A DNA stretch of 63,907 bases from Octopus bimaculoides (lineage: Eukaryota): NCBI RefSeq assembly GCF_001194135.2, contig NC_068993.1:49681597-49745503 (forward strand), read 5' to 3'. Within the stretch, counting starts at the first letter, position 1; each line of letters starts with the position of its first letter. The position numbers were made by a program, and so were the translations under genes. Below the pieces are notes generated by a model. The model saw nothing but the letters and a program-made list of their open reading frames with translations, ran no database searches and was not told where the DNA came from. Of this stretch, positions 14,510 to 26,250 are shown in pieces.

Positions 14510-14700
14510 TAGCAATCTATCTTTCTCTTTTATTCTATCTATCTAATCTACCTACCTATCTAACAATCTCTCTATCTATCTATCTGTCTGTCTGTCTATC
14601 TATCTGTACACGTATGTACGTATGGTTGTATGTATGTATGTATGTATCTATCTATCTATCTATCTATTTACCATCTATCTATTTGTCTATCTAGTTTCCC
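14510..14700. repeat. (TCTA)n/(TATG)n compound microsatellite
   Basis: Direct reading. Confidence 0.85.
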
Positions 14701-15285
14701 TTCTATCTTCCTGCATATCCACCTTTCTACCTATTGATCTTCATTCGGTGAGAAATATTCCAAAGACACTTTGCATGCAGCTCTAACGGGGGAAGAAAGG
14801 CAGAAAAAAAAAGGAGTAGAGTAATAGGAGGGAGGAGGTAGAGAAGACGCAGAAGAAGAAATGATTTAATTTAGCCATAAGTATAGTTTCTTTGTACCTG
14901 TTTGAACATTAAGGAATTCGAGCGGGAGGTAGTGGTAGCAAGGAAGTGGGAGGAATGGTTTGTGTAAGGAGTTGAATGCTTCAAGGTACCTGAGGATGTC
15001 TGTGAAGGATGTTAGTGTTCCAGATGTCTGAATTCCCAAGATTACATTTGGAGGAAGATACATCTAAAGAAATCTAAGAAAACAGAGATATGGGAGTCTT
15101 TCTCAAGACTGCCATATTTTTGACATGTAATTTTTACTGTAGTATTTTTTCTTATTTCTCAAGTTTTCCACTTTTTCTCCATTTATCCTTATTTGTCCTC
15201 CTCCTCCTCCTTATTAATTATAGACATTTTGTACTTAGTACAATTTTAGCACTGTTTTTCACAAATTCAACATAGAGAGTGCGTG

Positions 15286-15337
<52 letters not shown>

Positions 15338-16249
15338 AATCATATTATCCATGCTTTTGCATTTAAAGAATTGTGTGTGCATGCATGTACACACGCACTT
15401 ACACAAACTATTTTCATCTTTCTGTTCTACTACGTATGAAAATAGTGTTAGTATTTATAATCATGATGGTGGGGGAAGAAAAGTGGGAGATGACGAAAAA
15501 TGTGAGAAAAGAAATCACGTGGGGAAAGTAAGAAGCGGGGAGATGGGGGGAGGGATAAGAGAAGCAGAGGTTGACGACAGGAGAGGTTCATTAGAGAAAA
15601 ATGACAGAAGTGAGAATGATAACGAAGCAAATGAGAAAATGGAAGCGAGCTGAAGAAGAAGAAGAAGAAGAGAACATGAGGATAGTGAAAGGTGAGAGAA
15701 AACAAGAAAGCAATAAAAAAACGAGAGAGAGATGATGAGAATAAGGCATCTATTATAAGACTGTTTTTTATTTTTTTTCCTTCTTAAGCAGTTTCGGTAT
15801 TTACGTAGAGAGATAGAGAGATAGAAACAGAGAGGCAGACAGACAGAAAGAGAGGTACGTATAAAAAGAGAGAGAGAGAGTGATTATGTTATGAGAGAGA
15901 ATTAGGAAACCAAATTACCATTTCTTTATGATTGAATAAGTTTGAACTAATGACTTGTTGAATGGAGAGGAATAAAGTAAATCAATAAATATAAATAACA
16001 GAGAAACAAATATATCTAAAAGTGTTAGTGTTGGGGATGCATGTATGTGTGCACACACAGACACACATATATACTATGTGTGTGTGTGTGTGTATGTATA
16101 TATGTATAATGCATATATAAATATATACAAGTCTATTGTATTTTCACATATGCATGTCTATGCGTATATAATACCTAAGTATGTATGTACATATGTATAT
16201 GCGTGTGTGTGTGTATATATATATATATACATGTAAAAGTAGAACGTTG

Positions 16250-16620
16250 GAATAAGTGCTCAAAACTGCATTGGTGGATAATATATACATGTATATATGT
16301 ACACATATATAGGCAAATTGTCTTCTGTTATATGACCCCAGGAGAACCTAACCTGGTGAGCAGATTTGATACACAAAACCTAGGAGAAGCCTATTTTATG
16401 TGTGTTTGTGTTTATAGTGTGCATGTGGCTGTGTTTTATGTCTGTGTATTCTTGTCTTGACATTATGAGATGGTTCTAAAGAAGTGTTACCATTTATATC
16501 AGTGATGCCATTGGTTTCCAATCTACGTAAACATATCTGGCCATGGTATAATATCATTTTGCTTGATAATAGGTGAGAGTTGAGAACAAGAGCATATGGT
16601 TGTAGAAAATCTACCCTTAA
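16250..16620 (+). mobile_element. Diverged SINE with an RTE-like 3' tail
   Basis: CAGATTTGATACACAAAACCTAGGAGAAGCC resembles the family A core end; GGTGAGAGTTGAGAACAAGAGCATATGGTTGTAGAAAATCTACC resembles the tail also seen at ~21425-21480 and, reversed, at ~16755-16830. Confidence 0.55.
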
Positions 16621-19125
16621 ATTTTGTCTGAAAGCATGAAAAAGTAGTTAATAAAATATTGATGATGATAATGATGATATATATATATCCTTGTTGTCAT
16701 TGATTGAATATTCACTTTTCCATAGTTGCACGGGGTAGGTAATACTTGTTGAAGCAGATTTTTCTATCAGCAGATGCTCTTCCCATCACCAATTTCCAAT
16801 TGTTTTCAGGTGAAGTAATGTCTCCCTATTTCATCAAACAATGAATAGCTTAATGGCTGAGCATGTTTATGCAGAAGATTGTAAGCAAGTGAAACTGTCA
16901 ATATTAATGGTGACTGCAATTTCAATTAGCACATGCACACTAAAGACAAAGAACAGACACACTTTTATATACATCCATGTGTATGTGAAATTTGTCAATA
17001 ACCTAGCAATGACAATAAATAAAAGATAAAAATTAAGAAGTAAACAGAAGTAAAAATGCCTAAAGTTATCATGTTTGTCCATTGGTACTCAATGAAGACA
17101 ATGGCTTCAGCCATATGGCACTTCAACAGAGGACACAACCATACAGGTGACCAGAAAATCATGACTGCTTCCATCTGTACAATGCTTCTTGTATGTCTGA
17201 AGTAGTGAAAGTAGCAGTATTTTATTCTTGTAAATGTTATACATGTAGTGGTGTCATCATAAATGTTCCTCTGTCTATGGCTCACAGAAGATTCAGTCAC
17301 TAGCAATCAATGGAAACCATGAGTGACGATGCAGCACTTTCACATAAAGATGTATTCATGTGGGGAAACAAAAAACAACTTCTTCTGCCTGTGCAACATT
17401 CAATACAACATAATTGTGTATCCTTTGCTTGCAATCCACTCTATAAGCGTACCTGGTGGGCTTCTTGACCTGTTGCATAAATTCTGTAAACAAAACGTTA
17501 ATCTAAAGTAGTGTCATTTGTTTGCAGTTTTCTGCATCATCAAATGTGGGTTGTTTGTTGTTCGATAGCCTGAGGGATTGCTTCCTTGCATGGAAGAAGA
17601 TGAGGGTTGGCATCAAAAAGAGTATGTGGGCATAGAAACCCAACCCCAATGTGTCCCATCTAAACCATGCATATATATCTTAATATGCATATCACTCCAA
17701 CAGTCTTCGTAGAGCACTGCTGCCTTCAAGTCGAAAGATGCACCAGCTACTGTGTGGTGCCATGTGTCACAATGAACTTAAATCCTAATTTAACAATGTA
17801 GCCACCATATTAAAATTTATTCCATGTGTATGTTCACACACACACACACATTTATATATGGAAGGAAATGCTTCTACTTCCTTTTGATTGTATTGAAATA
17901 TATTGGAACTAAATTGAAATTTTTTCTGAAGAAGGTTAAATTTTGGAGATTGATCTTAATACATGTACATATACATATACTTTTACATATATGCACACAT
18001 GTATCTATACATACATAGGTGAAAAGCTGTTGGTGTCTAATATAATACTATCTTTTAAACTTGAATTATTATGTTGATTAAAAAAAACAAAATGCAGAAA
18101 ATATGTGTATATATTTAAAGTACAACAACATATACTTCTATTTATTTTACTGTTTGATTTCAGCACAATTTTGTTTATAGAATTTGACAATATGTTGAAG
18201 CCTTATGCCAGTCTAATCTATTGTATGTTACTAAGGCAACACTTCTGTTGTTGAGATGTTAAGCATAACTATTCAGTCATGTTATAGAAGAAATAGAAGT
18301 TGTGTTTAATATTATTGTTAATGCACTATGGAATTATACTAGAGTACTAGAAAATATTCCGATTTGTATGTCTATGTATGGACTTACACATGTATATGTG
18401 CACACTTGTGTACAGTGTGTCTCAGACTTCTTCTTTTCAACAAATTCAGGATATTAGACTGTTCTTTTGTATGTCATTGGCTTTATGCTGATTCACTTTC
18501 AGAGACAATTTTTTGACTGGCTCACTCTGTCTTGCTGCAAAACATGTTCTACATAAAGGCACAACTCATAGCTGCAAGCAGTGGCAGCACTGTAAAAATG
18601 ACAAGAGTCTTTATTAACTTTCAGTATTGAGGCTAATCTGTATGTGTACTGCTGTTAAACAAGATGAACCTACAGCAATAGCGTCTAACTTCTGGAGTTG
18701 TATGTGATCAGTATATGAATGCTATTTAATAGCAAACTCTTGTGAAAATGCCACTTTCCCTCCTATTCATTCTCATAATCCTGTTTTCCTTCTATTATTT
18801 ACCAACTAAATTAGCTAACTTACTGACAGCTAATTGCGATGTTAGAGTTCTATGTTATACAATGTCATCATGTTTTGTCATTTTACTTGTCTGCCTTTGA
18901 TAGTTTAGTCATTTCACTCTTTTTGCTTTTTGATGTATACGTGCAATAGCTGCAGTTTGGGAGCACAACTTGAATTTCTACCTTTCTTTCTCTCTTTTTC
19001 CTTTCTTTCACTTTTCCTTCCTATAATTTTTTTTTTCCTTATATCCCATTCCTATTTGATATCCCATTCTTATTTGCTCTTTTTTATAGCTGAAATAAAA
19101 ATAGAAATTAATTTCGTCTACATAG

Positions 19126-19268
19126 AAATGGTTCTCTTTTAATAACTAACTGATTTTCATTTATGTATTCATTCGCATTTTGTTTGTTTTTTTTGTTTTT
19201 TGTTTTGTTCTCTTTTATATGAATCATTATTTTCAATGACATTTCTTTCTTTTCTTTTTCAGGTAAGT
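19126..19268 (+). other. Strong 3' splice site directly abutting a perfect 5' splice site (candidate recursive splice / ratchet point)
   Basis: No AG in 19126-19260; ACTAAC at 19145-19150 and ATGAC at 19236-19240; TTTCTTTCTTTTCTTTTTCAG|GTAAGT with AG at 19261-19262. Confidence 0.65.
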
Positions 19269-19334
19269 AACTCACTAATTCAAATACACTTTATAGCTGT
19301 GATCGTCAGAAACCAATTATTCCGCCAGCAATTG
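19263..19334 (+). other. Candidate 72-nt RS/cryptic exon (or ordinary small exon)
   Basis: Ends TTG|GTAAGA (GT at 19335). It is open only in phase 0, VSNSLIQIHFIAVIVRNQLFRQQL; the other two frames hit TAA within 8 nt. Confidence 0.5.
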
Positions 19335-20094
19335 GTAAGACAAATAGAAGCATTGCTAATATTTATCTAACAAGCTTTGTGTGTTCTTAGCAAATACACT
19401 GAAATACTATTGGTATACCACATTTAATAACTTGCTGAAGAATACAACACAGCTATGGACATTTTCATGTGTCTTCAATATTCTAACATAAATATTTTTG
19501 AGGCTCGAAAACAGAAAATGGTGAGGGTGGTTGGAATTCACTATTTTTATTGTTTTTAAAATAACGTTCCTTATTTTTTCATAAACTATTTTTTATTCTT
19601 TCCCTCAGTCTGTAGCATTTTTCATTTAATCCACATTCCATGTCAATTATTTCGATTCTTGGCTAAAATTAAGAAATAGTTTCCTTTTGTTTTCTAATGT
19701 AATCATCTCTATGCCATTTCTAACACATTTACAAACGTCTGTTCCTGTATATAACAGCCATAAAATGTTTGTTTTTATAATTTTTATGTAGATTTTTTTT
19801 TCTTATATACATCTTATAGATTTTTCTTCTTCTATAACTTTATGATAGTTTGTCTGGAATTAGTAAAAAAGTTAGAGAGAGAGAGAGAGTGTGTGTGTGT
19901 TTTTGTGTGTGTATATATGTGAGAGTGTGCATACATGCCTGTGCACAGAAAGTTACACTTGCAGTTTGAAACATCTCAAGCTGGCAAATTCATTTTTTTC
20001 ATTTATAACTCAAGAATTTCATCTCCATTTAATCATTTTTCACATAGATGAAAAATGATACTTCAATTGTTCAGTGAAAAGCTGTAATCATATC

Positions 20095-20300
20095 TACGTA
20101 TATACATACATACATACATACATACATACATACATACATACATACATACATACATACATACTTACACACACACACATACATACATATGTACATAATACAT
20201 ACATACATACATACTTACACACACATGCAGACATACATACATATATACATACATACGTACATATATACATAATACATACATACATACATACATATGTATA
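20095..20300. repeat. (TACA)n microsatellite
   Basis: Direct reading. Confidence 0.95.
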
Positions 20301-20339
20301 TTTGATTGATTGATAGGCAAAAAGACAGGTAAATTCATA

Positions 20340-21400
20340 GGGAACAAATGTTTCAATTTATGGATAGATTAGTTGAGTTCTGTTTCTCTTAGAGTGAGAA
20401 CTAAATAAATCAGGTGTTGTGGGGGATATATTGAAGAGGCATGTTGTAATAACTATCCATGGCTGGTAGGCTTTGGTTGGACAAGTCCTCAAAATGTCCA
20501 GGCAACTAAATTTTGTGAGATTCAGTATTTTCAAGTCTGTGCTCATGGTCTTCAAAGGCCCTCTGAAACTGCAGAAACCAATGCTATTAAAACTCCTTTT
20601 GAACAGATGCAGTTAACAACCGAAGGAAACATTTTTAGGTAAGAATTCTAGAGGGATGATGTTCTTGGGAAGAAAGACTATGTATAATGGTTAGTATGGA
20701 TAAAGGGCATGGAAAGTTGGACACAGTGTAAATAATGAGAGAAAGAGAGAGAAGTAAGTCAGGAATGATTGACTGAAGGTGCTTTATGAAAAGATAGCTC
20801 TGAGGGACAGGGGATAGAAATTTGAATGTATTGGTAAGTGGCTTCATGCCAATTAGTCAAATGACTTTCCTTTGGACATGGTCCAGGATGTTAGGATGTG
20901 TGTGTGTGTAGTAGCAGTACCATCCTGGATGTGGGATCAGTACTCCATCATGGGTTTCTTCTGAACTTTGTAGAAGGTGAGTAATTGTTGAAGGCAGAAG
21001 TATCTTCTAGTTTTGAAGACGTAGGCCAATCCATTGATACAGTCCTTGCTATGTTGAAGATGTGCATTCACCAGAAAAGATTATCAATCATGGTGAAATC
21101 TAGCATTTGAAATGACTATGAGGATACTATTTGCAGTTTGTTAATGTATATGAGGTGGCAAAGTGCAATAATGCTTATGTGCAATAATGTTTATTTTTTA
21201 TTGTTTGTTGGGGACACGATTGGAATGATCTCTTTGAAAGATGGTTTTGAAGTTTCTATTTATCAAATCATTGCAGAATTGGCATTAGGTACCTAGGTTG
21301 CATATGGATGATGCTTGGGTATAGAAAATTAGGGAGAAGTGAACAGTGGTATTATCTGTAAAGAAGTGGGTGTTGTTCAAGATGACATCAAATCTTGTGG
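20340..21400 (-). mobile_element. Decayed CR1/L2-group LINE, RT C-terminal region
   Basis: Minus-strand peptides in the expected order: NNTHFFTDNTTV (degenerate YADD, ~21340-21385), RRYFCLQQLLTFYKVQKKPMMEY*SH (cf. LYKAQ.RP.MEYCSH, ~20930-21010) and ILDHVQRKV (~20860-20890); multiple stops and frameshifts. Confidence 0.75.
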
Positions 21401-22959
21401 TATACCTCATTAATAACGTTTGTCAGGTAAAGGGTTGGTGAAAAGAGGGGCTTCTGGTCATAGAAAATCTGCCTCAACAAATTACATCTGATCCATGGAA
21501 GAATTGAAAAGTAGATTTTGTTTCCAGTTTCAGTTATTTTGTGTAATGACAACAATAACAATAATTCAAACAAGATAGTGAAAACGTTTCATTGTGGCAA
21601 CAGAAGTGAAAGGAGAAAGAGAGAACGAGACAGATAGATGGCAGAAAGTGATATTATCACTTAATATCTAGGAATCCCTTAAGCAATTTATAAATAGATT
21701 CAATTGGCACATGCTAGTAGGAGTTCAAATTTTATAACATCCAGGGCTGGCACCATATGCTAGTGATTGCCTAGGGTGCTACAATCTGTGGGCTCCACAC
21801 AAATTCTGAACAATTTAAATTGAATCTCTTAATCCAACTAAAAACATGGATTTTTCAAAGAACATTAAAAAAGAAAACAAAGAAACAGGAAAAAAGAATT
21901 ATAATTTTTTTAAAATTTTTATCTTAGCCTTAATATGTCAGTGAAGAATGACTGTAGTTTTTTGAACAATGTTTTAGCAGTATCAGAAATTGGAATCATC
22001 ACCAGCTGAGCTACTGTACACTATATAAGATACTGCTTCTGGCTTTATTCATAAAATAGAAGGTGGAGCCCTTTGTAGGACTGGTTTATAGTATTGAATA
22101 CTCTAGCCCTAACCTTGAAAAATGATGGGGGTTTTAATTGATTTCATTAGATAAGAGTTTCCTCCGTTAAATTTTCTACTTTGTGTTCAATTCTCAATCT
22201 CTTCACTGTATCAGCACCACAAAACTGCATGTGTTGTTAAAATTGAACGATGTTCTACTGGTTTTTACAATACTCAGCGTCAGATATTATTTTCTGGTCA
22301 AGGGAGTTATTATACACAAGTCCTTGTGGCTTTAAATTATTTAAATGAAATAACAAGAAAAGATCAACTCCTTTTCAACATGCCATTCTATTTAGTAATC
22401 CAGTAAAGGTTTATAAGCTTTAAAACTTTACAGTCAAGAAGCCAACATCTCCTTCAACTCAACAACTGAGACTTTTCTGGGGTGCTATTAAAGCATTCTT
22501 ATGTGCTGATTAACCTTAGTACTTTGTATAGAATAAGCTATATTATTAGATTTATTAGGACTTGTGAGAGGGGGCAAGAGCATATCTATGACTTCTGCAG
22601 GGGTCCTAGATTTGTTGGGAGAAGTGAAGGTATTCTCCTACCAGAGACCTTGTCCAAACATTGGCAACAGATTGGACTGTACTAAAGGTACCCAATAACT
22701 AGGGGGGGGGTGTTAAACTGGATGACAGAGCAAGAACACTAGTAGGCAATCAATGAGCTTCACAGTTTGTTTTTCTAATTTCACTCACAAAGTTTAAGTC
22801 AACCTGAAGCCATGTTTGAAGACATTTGTCCAAGGTTCAATGTCATGGTATTGAATCCATGACTATGAAACAACCACACATGTATCATGCCTTTCATAGG
22901 AGTAAATCAGTATTTTATTATTTCATACAGGATGCCAGTTTAGAATCTGAGTTTTATAA

Positions 22960-23311
22960 GTTTACAGAAGTGTTGGTTAAGATATTTTAAGGAGTAGGTT
23001 GTTGGAGTTTGAGAAGTTGCTCAGAACATAGTGAGAGGGAGTCATGGAAAGTAAGAAACTGTTGAGGACAGGTGAGAATGGAAAAAGGAAGTACAGAAAT
23101 AGGTGGTGAGGAGAATGTTGTGTAAGGGTTTGAAAGTAGAGAAAGCTGGAAGAGAGAGACAGAGACAGACATAGACAGAAATAACAGAATTTTGTGTGGT
23201 AGGGAGAAAAGACAGGTTGTGTAAGATGTGGAAAATAACAGAGATTTAGAGTGATAGTGAAAGGGAAGTGAAAAAATTGAGAAAATGGAAAATAATTATT
23301 TAAATGAGTGT

Positions 23312-23353
<42 letters not shown>

Positions 23354-23630
23354 GAGGGCAGAAAAGGAGATAAAGTTGGAGACCAGGAGGAGGGTGAGTT
23401 GTGGAAAAAATTAAGGAAGATACAAAGTGAGAAGAAGGATTGGAGAATTGAGAGGAAGAACTGGATAGTGGAGAATGAATGGAGTGATAAAAGATATATA
23501 TATATATATGCATATAGGTATATATATGTGCCTGAGTGTGTGTGAGAGATGGACAGGTAGTAGTAAAAAATATATTTGATGACAGAAAAGAAAAGCATGT
23601 GGTGGGAGGGAGAACATGACAAACAGGGTA

Positions 23631-23640
<10 letters not shown>
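22960..23640. repeat. Purine-skewed low-complexity tract with (GA)n and (TA)n, followed by gap 23676-24309
   Basis: Direct reading. Confidence 0.8.
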
Positions 23641-23675
<35 letters not shown>

Positions 23676-24309
23676 NNNNNNNNNNNNNNNNNNNNNNNNN
23701 NNNNNNNNNNNNNNNNNNNNNNNNNNNNNNNNNNNNNNNNNNNNNNNNNNNNNNNNNNNNNNNNNNNNNNNNNNNNNNNNNNNNNNNNNNNNNNNNNNNN
23801 NNNNNNNNNNNNNNNNNNNNNNNNNNNNNNNNNNNNNNNNNNNNNNNNNNNNNNNNNNNNNNNNNNNNNNNNNNNNNNNNNNNNNNNNNNNNNNNNNNNN
23901 NNNNNNNNNNNNNNNNNNNNNNNNNNNNNNNNNNNNNNNNNNNNNNNNNNNNNNNNNNNNNNNNNNNNNNNNNNNNNNNNNNNNNNNNNNNNNNNNNNNN
24001 NNNNNNNNNNNNNNNNNNNNNNNNNNNNNNNNNNNNNNNNNNNNNNNNNNNNNNNNNNNNNNNNNNNNNNNNNNNNNNNNNNNNNNNNNNNNNNNNNNNN
24101 NNNNNNNNNNNNNNNNNNNNNNNNNNNNNNNNNNNNNNNNNNNNNNNNNNNNNNNNNNNNNNNNNNNNNNNNNNNNNNNNNNNNNNNNNNNNNNNNNNNN
24201 NNNNNNNNNNNNNNNNNNNNNNNNNNNNNNNNNNNNNNNNNNNNNNNNNNNNNNNNNNNNNNNNNNNNNNNNNNNNNNNNNNNNNNNNNNNNNNNNNNNN
24301 NNNNNNNNN

Positions 24310-24346
<37 letters not shown>

Positions 24347-24966
24347 CCAATATGTGTGTTGTATGTATGTAAACATGTACACGTAGTCTCTAATTAATGT
24401 TATTAACATTACTGCTACAATGATCATTATTTAATTTCCCAAATTAATTAAGTGTTGCTCACTCTTTAATCTAGTGAGATAACAATCAGTATAGCCCGGT
24501 CATTCTGATCTTTTACCCCCATCATTTGGCTGTCACTGTTAGAATCGATCCTTCCATCAAACAGTTTCACTTAAATGACTCATGCTGCCCTTGGCAAACA
24601 CTTGTTAAAAACTTTCTCATTCATCTTCATCCCCACTATTTTCATCACCCTCATCTTTTTCATCCCCATCATCATCATTATTATTCTCAATATAATCATT
24701 ATCATTATATTCATTTGGAGTTCTGGTCTGTTGCAGATATAAAATTGTTGACAGTACAGAACACGGATATAATTTTCCTGGCTTCATATTTTTTCCCATT
24801 TTTTTCTTTACCAATTTTCATTCCTCTTTCTCCTCTAATTTTTTTTTATCAGATCTTTTGCAATCTTTTTTCTTTTTTATTTCAATATTTTTTTATTTAC
24901 TCAACTTAAATTCTTTAGAAGATTCTTTCTAGATATAACACACTTTCAACATCTTTGCTTGGAGAT

Positions 24967-25024
<58 letters not shown>

Positions 25025-25390
25025 ATATATATATGTACGCACACACACGTGTTTATATATATATCATCACTGTCATCGATATCATTTTTTTTGCTTAAAA
25101 AACTATAAATATATAGGAAGTTTAATATACATAATTAACAATATCATATATGTTTTCGATTTTTATTTTTGGTTTCTTATAAAAACACATGTGCACATGA
25201 ATGTGTGTGTATACATATATGCATAGATATGCATACATACACACATCTATATACACCACAAATGCATACGCATGCATATATATATATATACACATACACG
25301 TTTCTACAAATATATACATGAATCTACATACATATATACACACACAAACATGTATATATATATATATACATACACAAACACACGTGTATA

Positions 25391-25444
<54 letters not shown>

Positions 25445-25447
<3 letters not shown>

Positions 25448-25730
25448 AAACGTGGTCAATGTCAGTAGAACAGCCTGCTTATGAAATTAGCGTGCAACTG
25501 GCTGAGCACTCTTCAGATACATGTACCCTTAATGTGGTTCACAGGAAGATTCAAATACCGCATGTGACAAGTTTGGCCCTTTGAATTTGAAGCCCTATTT
25601 ATTTTTGCCAGCTGAGTGGACTGTTGCAATGTGAAATAGTGTCTTGCTCAATAACAATACACTGCCAGAAATTGAGTTAATAACCTTATGATTGTGAGCT
25701 AAATATGCTAACCACTGAGCCATGTGCTTT
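25445..25730 (-). mobile_element. tRNA-derived SINE (family C)
   Basis: Reverse complement GCACATGGCTCAGTGGTTAGCA (box A) ... TTGAGCAAGACACTATTTCAC...CCACTCAGCTGGCAAAAAT (core-like). Confidence 0.65.
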
Positions 25731-25734
25731 TATT

Positions 25735-25794
<60 letters not shown>

Positions 25795-25824
25795 AACAGT
25801 TGAAGGAATCTGGGGTAGAAGTTG

Positions 25825-26250
25825 ACATGAGATGAGGTGGTCAAGCATGACCTTCGAACGTTGGGCCTCACAGAAGCAATGTCGAAAGACCGTGACCTCT
25901 GGAGATATGCTGTGACTGCGAAGACCCGACAAATAAAGTGAGTTTGCGGTGTATCCTACACCAGCTTCACATAACCAGCCCCAGCCCATTCAAGTATCTT
26001 GGATTGTAGGGCAACTTGCAGTGCTTGAGGAGACCTTGAGTGAAGTACATCAACAACAAATTAAACATCGAATGGAAATTGTAGATGTGATACCCGTGCC
26101 GGTGACACGTAACATGCACCATCCGGACGTGGCCGATGCCAGTACCGCCTTGACTGGCTTCTGTGCCGGTGGCATGTAAGAAGCACCAACCAATCGTGGC
26201 CATTGCCAGCCTCCCCTGGCCCTTGTGCCGGTGGCACATAAAAAGCACAC
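25825..26250 (+). mobile_element. RTE LINE 3' end (ORF C-terminus and part of the 3' UTR)
   Basis: 25825-25941 reads T*DEVVKHDLRTLGLTEAMSKDRDLWRYAVTAKTRQIK*, a typical RTE C-terminal D..L....DR..W motif. It is followed by three TGCCGGTG(A/G)CA sub-repeats and is CpG-rich relative to the flanks. Confidence 0.8.

Noticed and set aside
15279-15720. Charged, protein-like ORF end (DDEKCEKRNH...NDNEANEKMEAS)
   Set aside because: A purine-skewed low-complexity tract of a kind repeated several times in the window; no supporting splice sites.
16800-16815. TTTTCAG|GTGAAG as a second ratchet point
   Set aside because: Weak donor, short tract, and it lies inside a reversed SINE/RTE tail.
21415-21435. 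GTTTGTCAG|GTAAGG as a ratchet point
   Set aside because: It is part of the repeated CAGGTGAGGGTTGG...GTAGAAAATCTGCCTC tail; the pyrimidine tract is poor.
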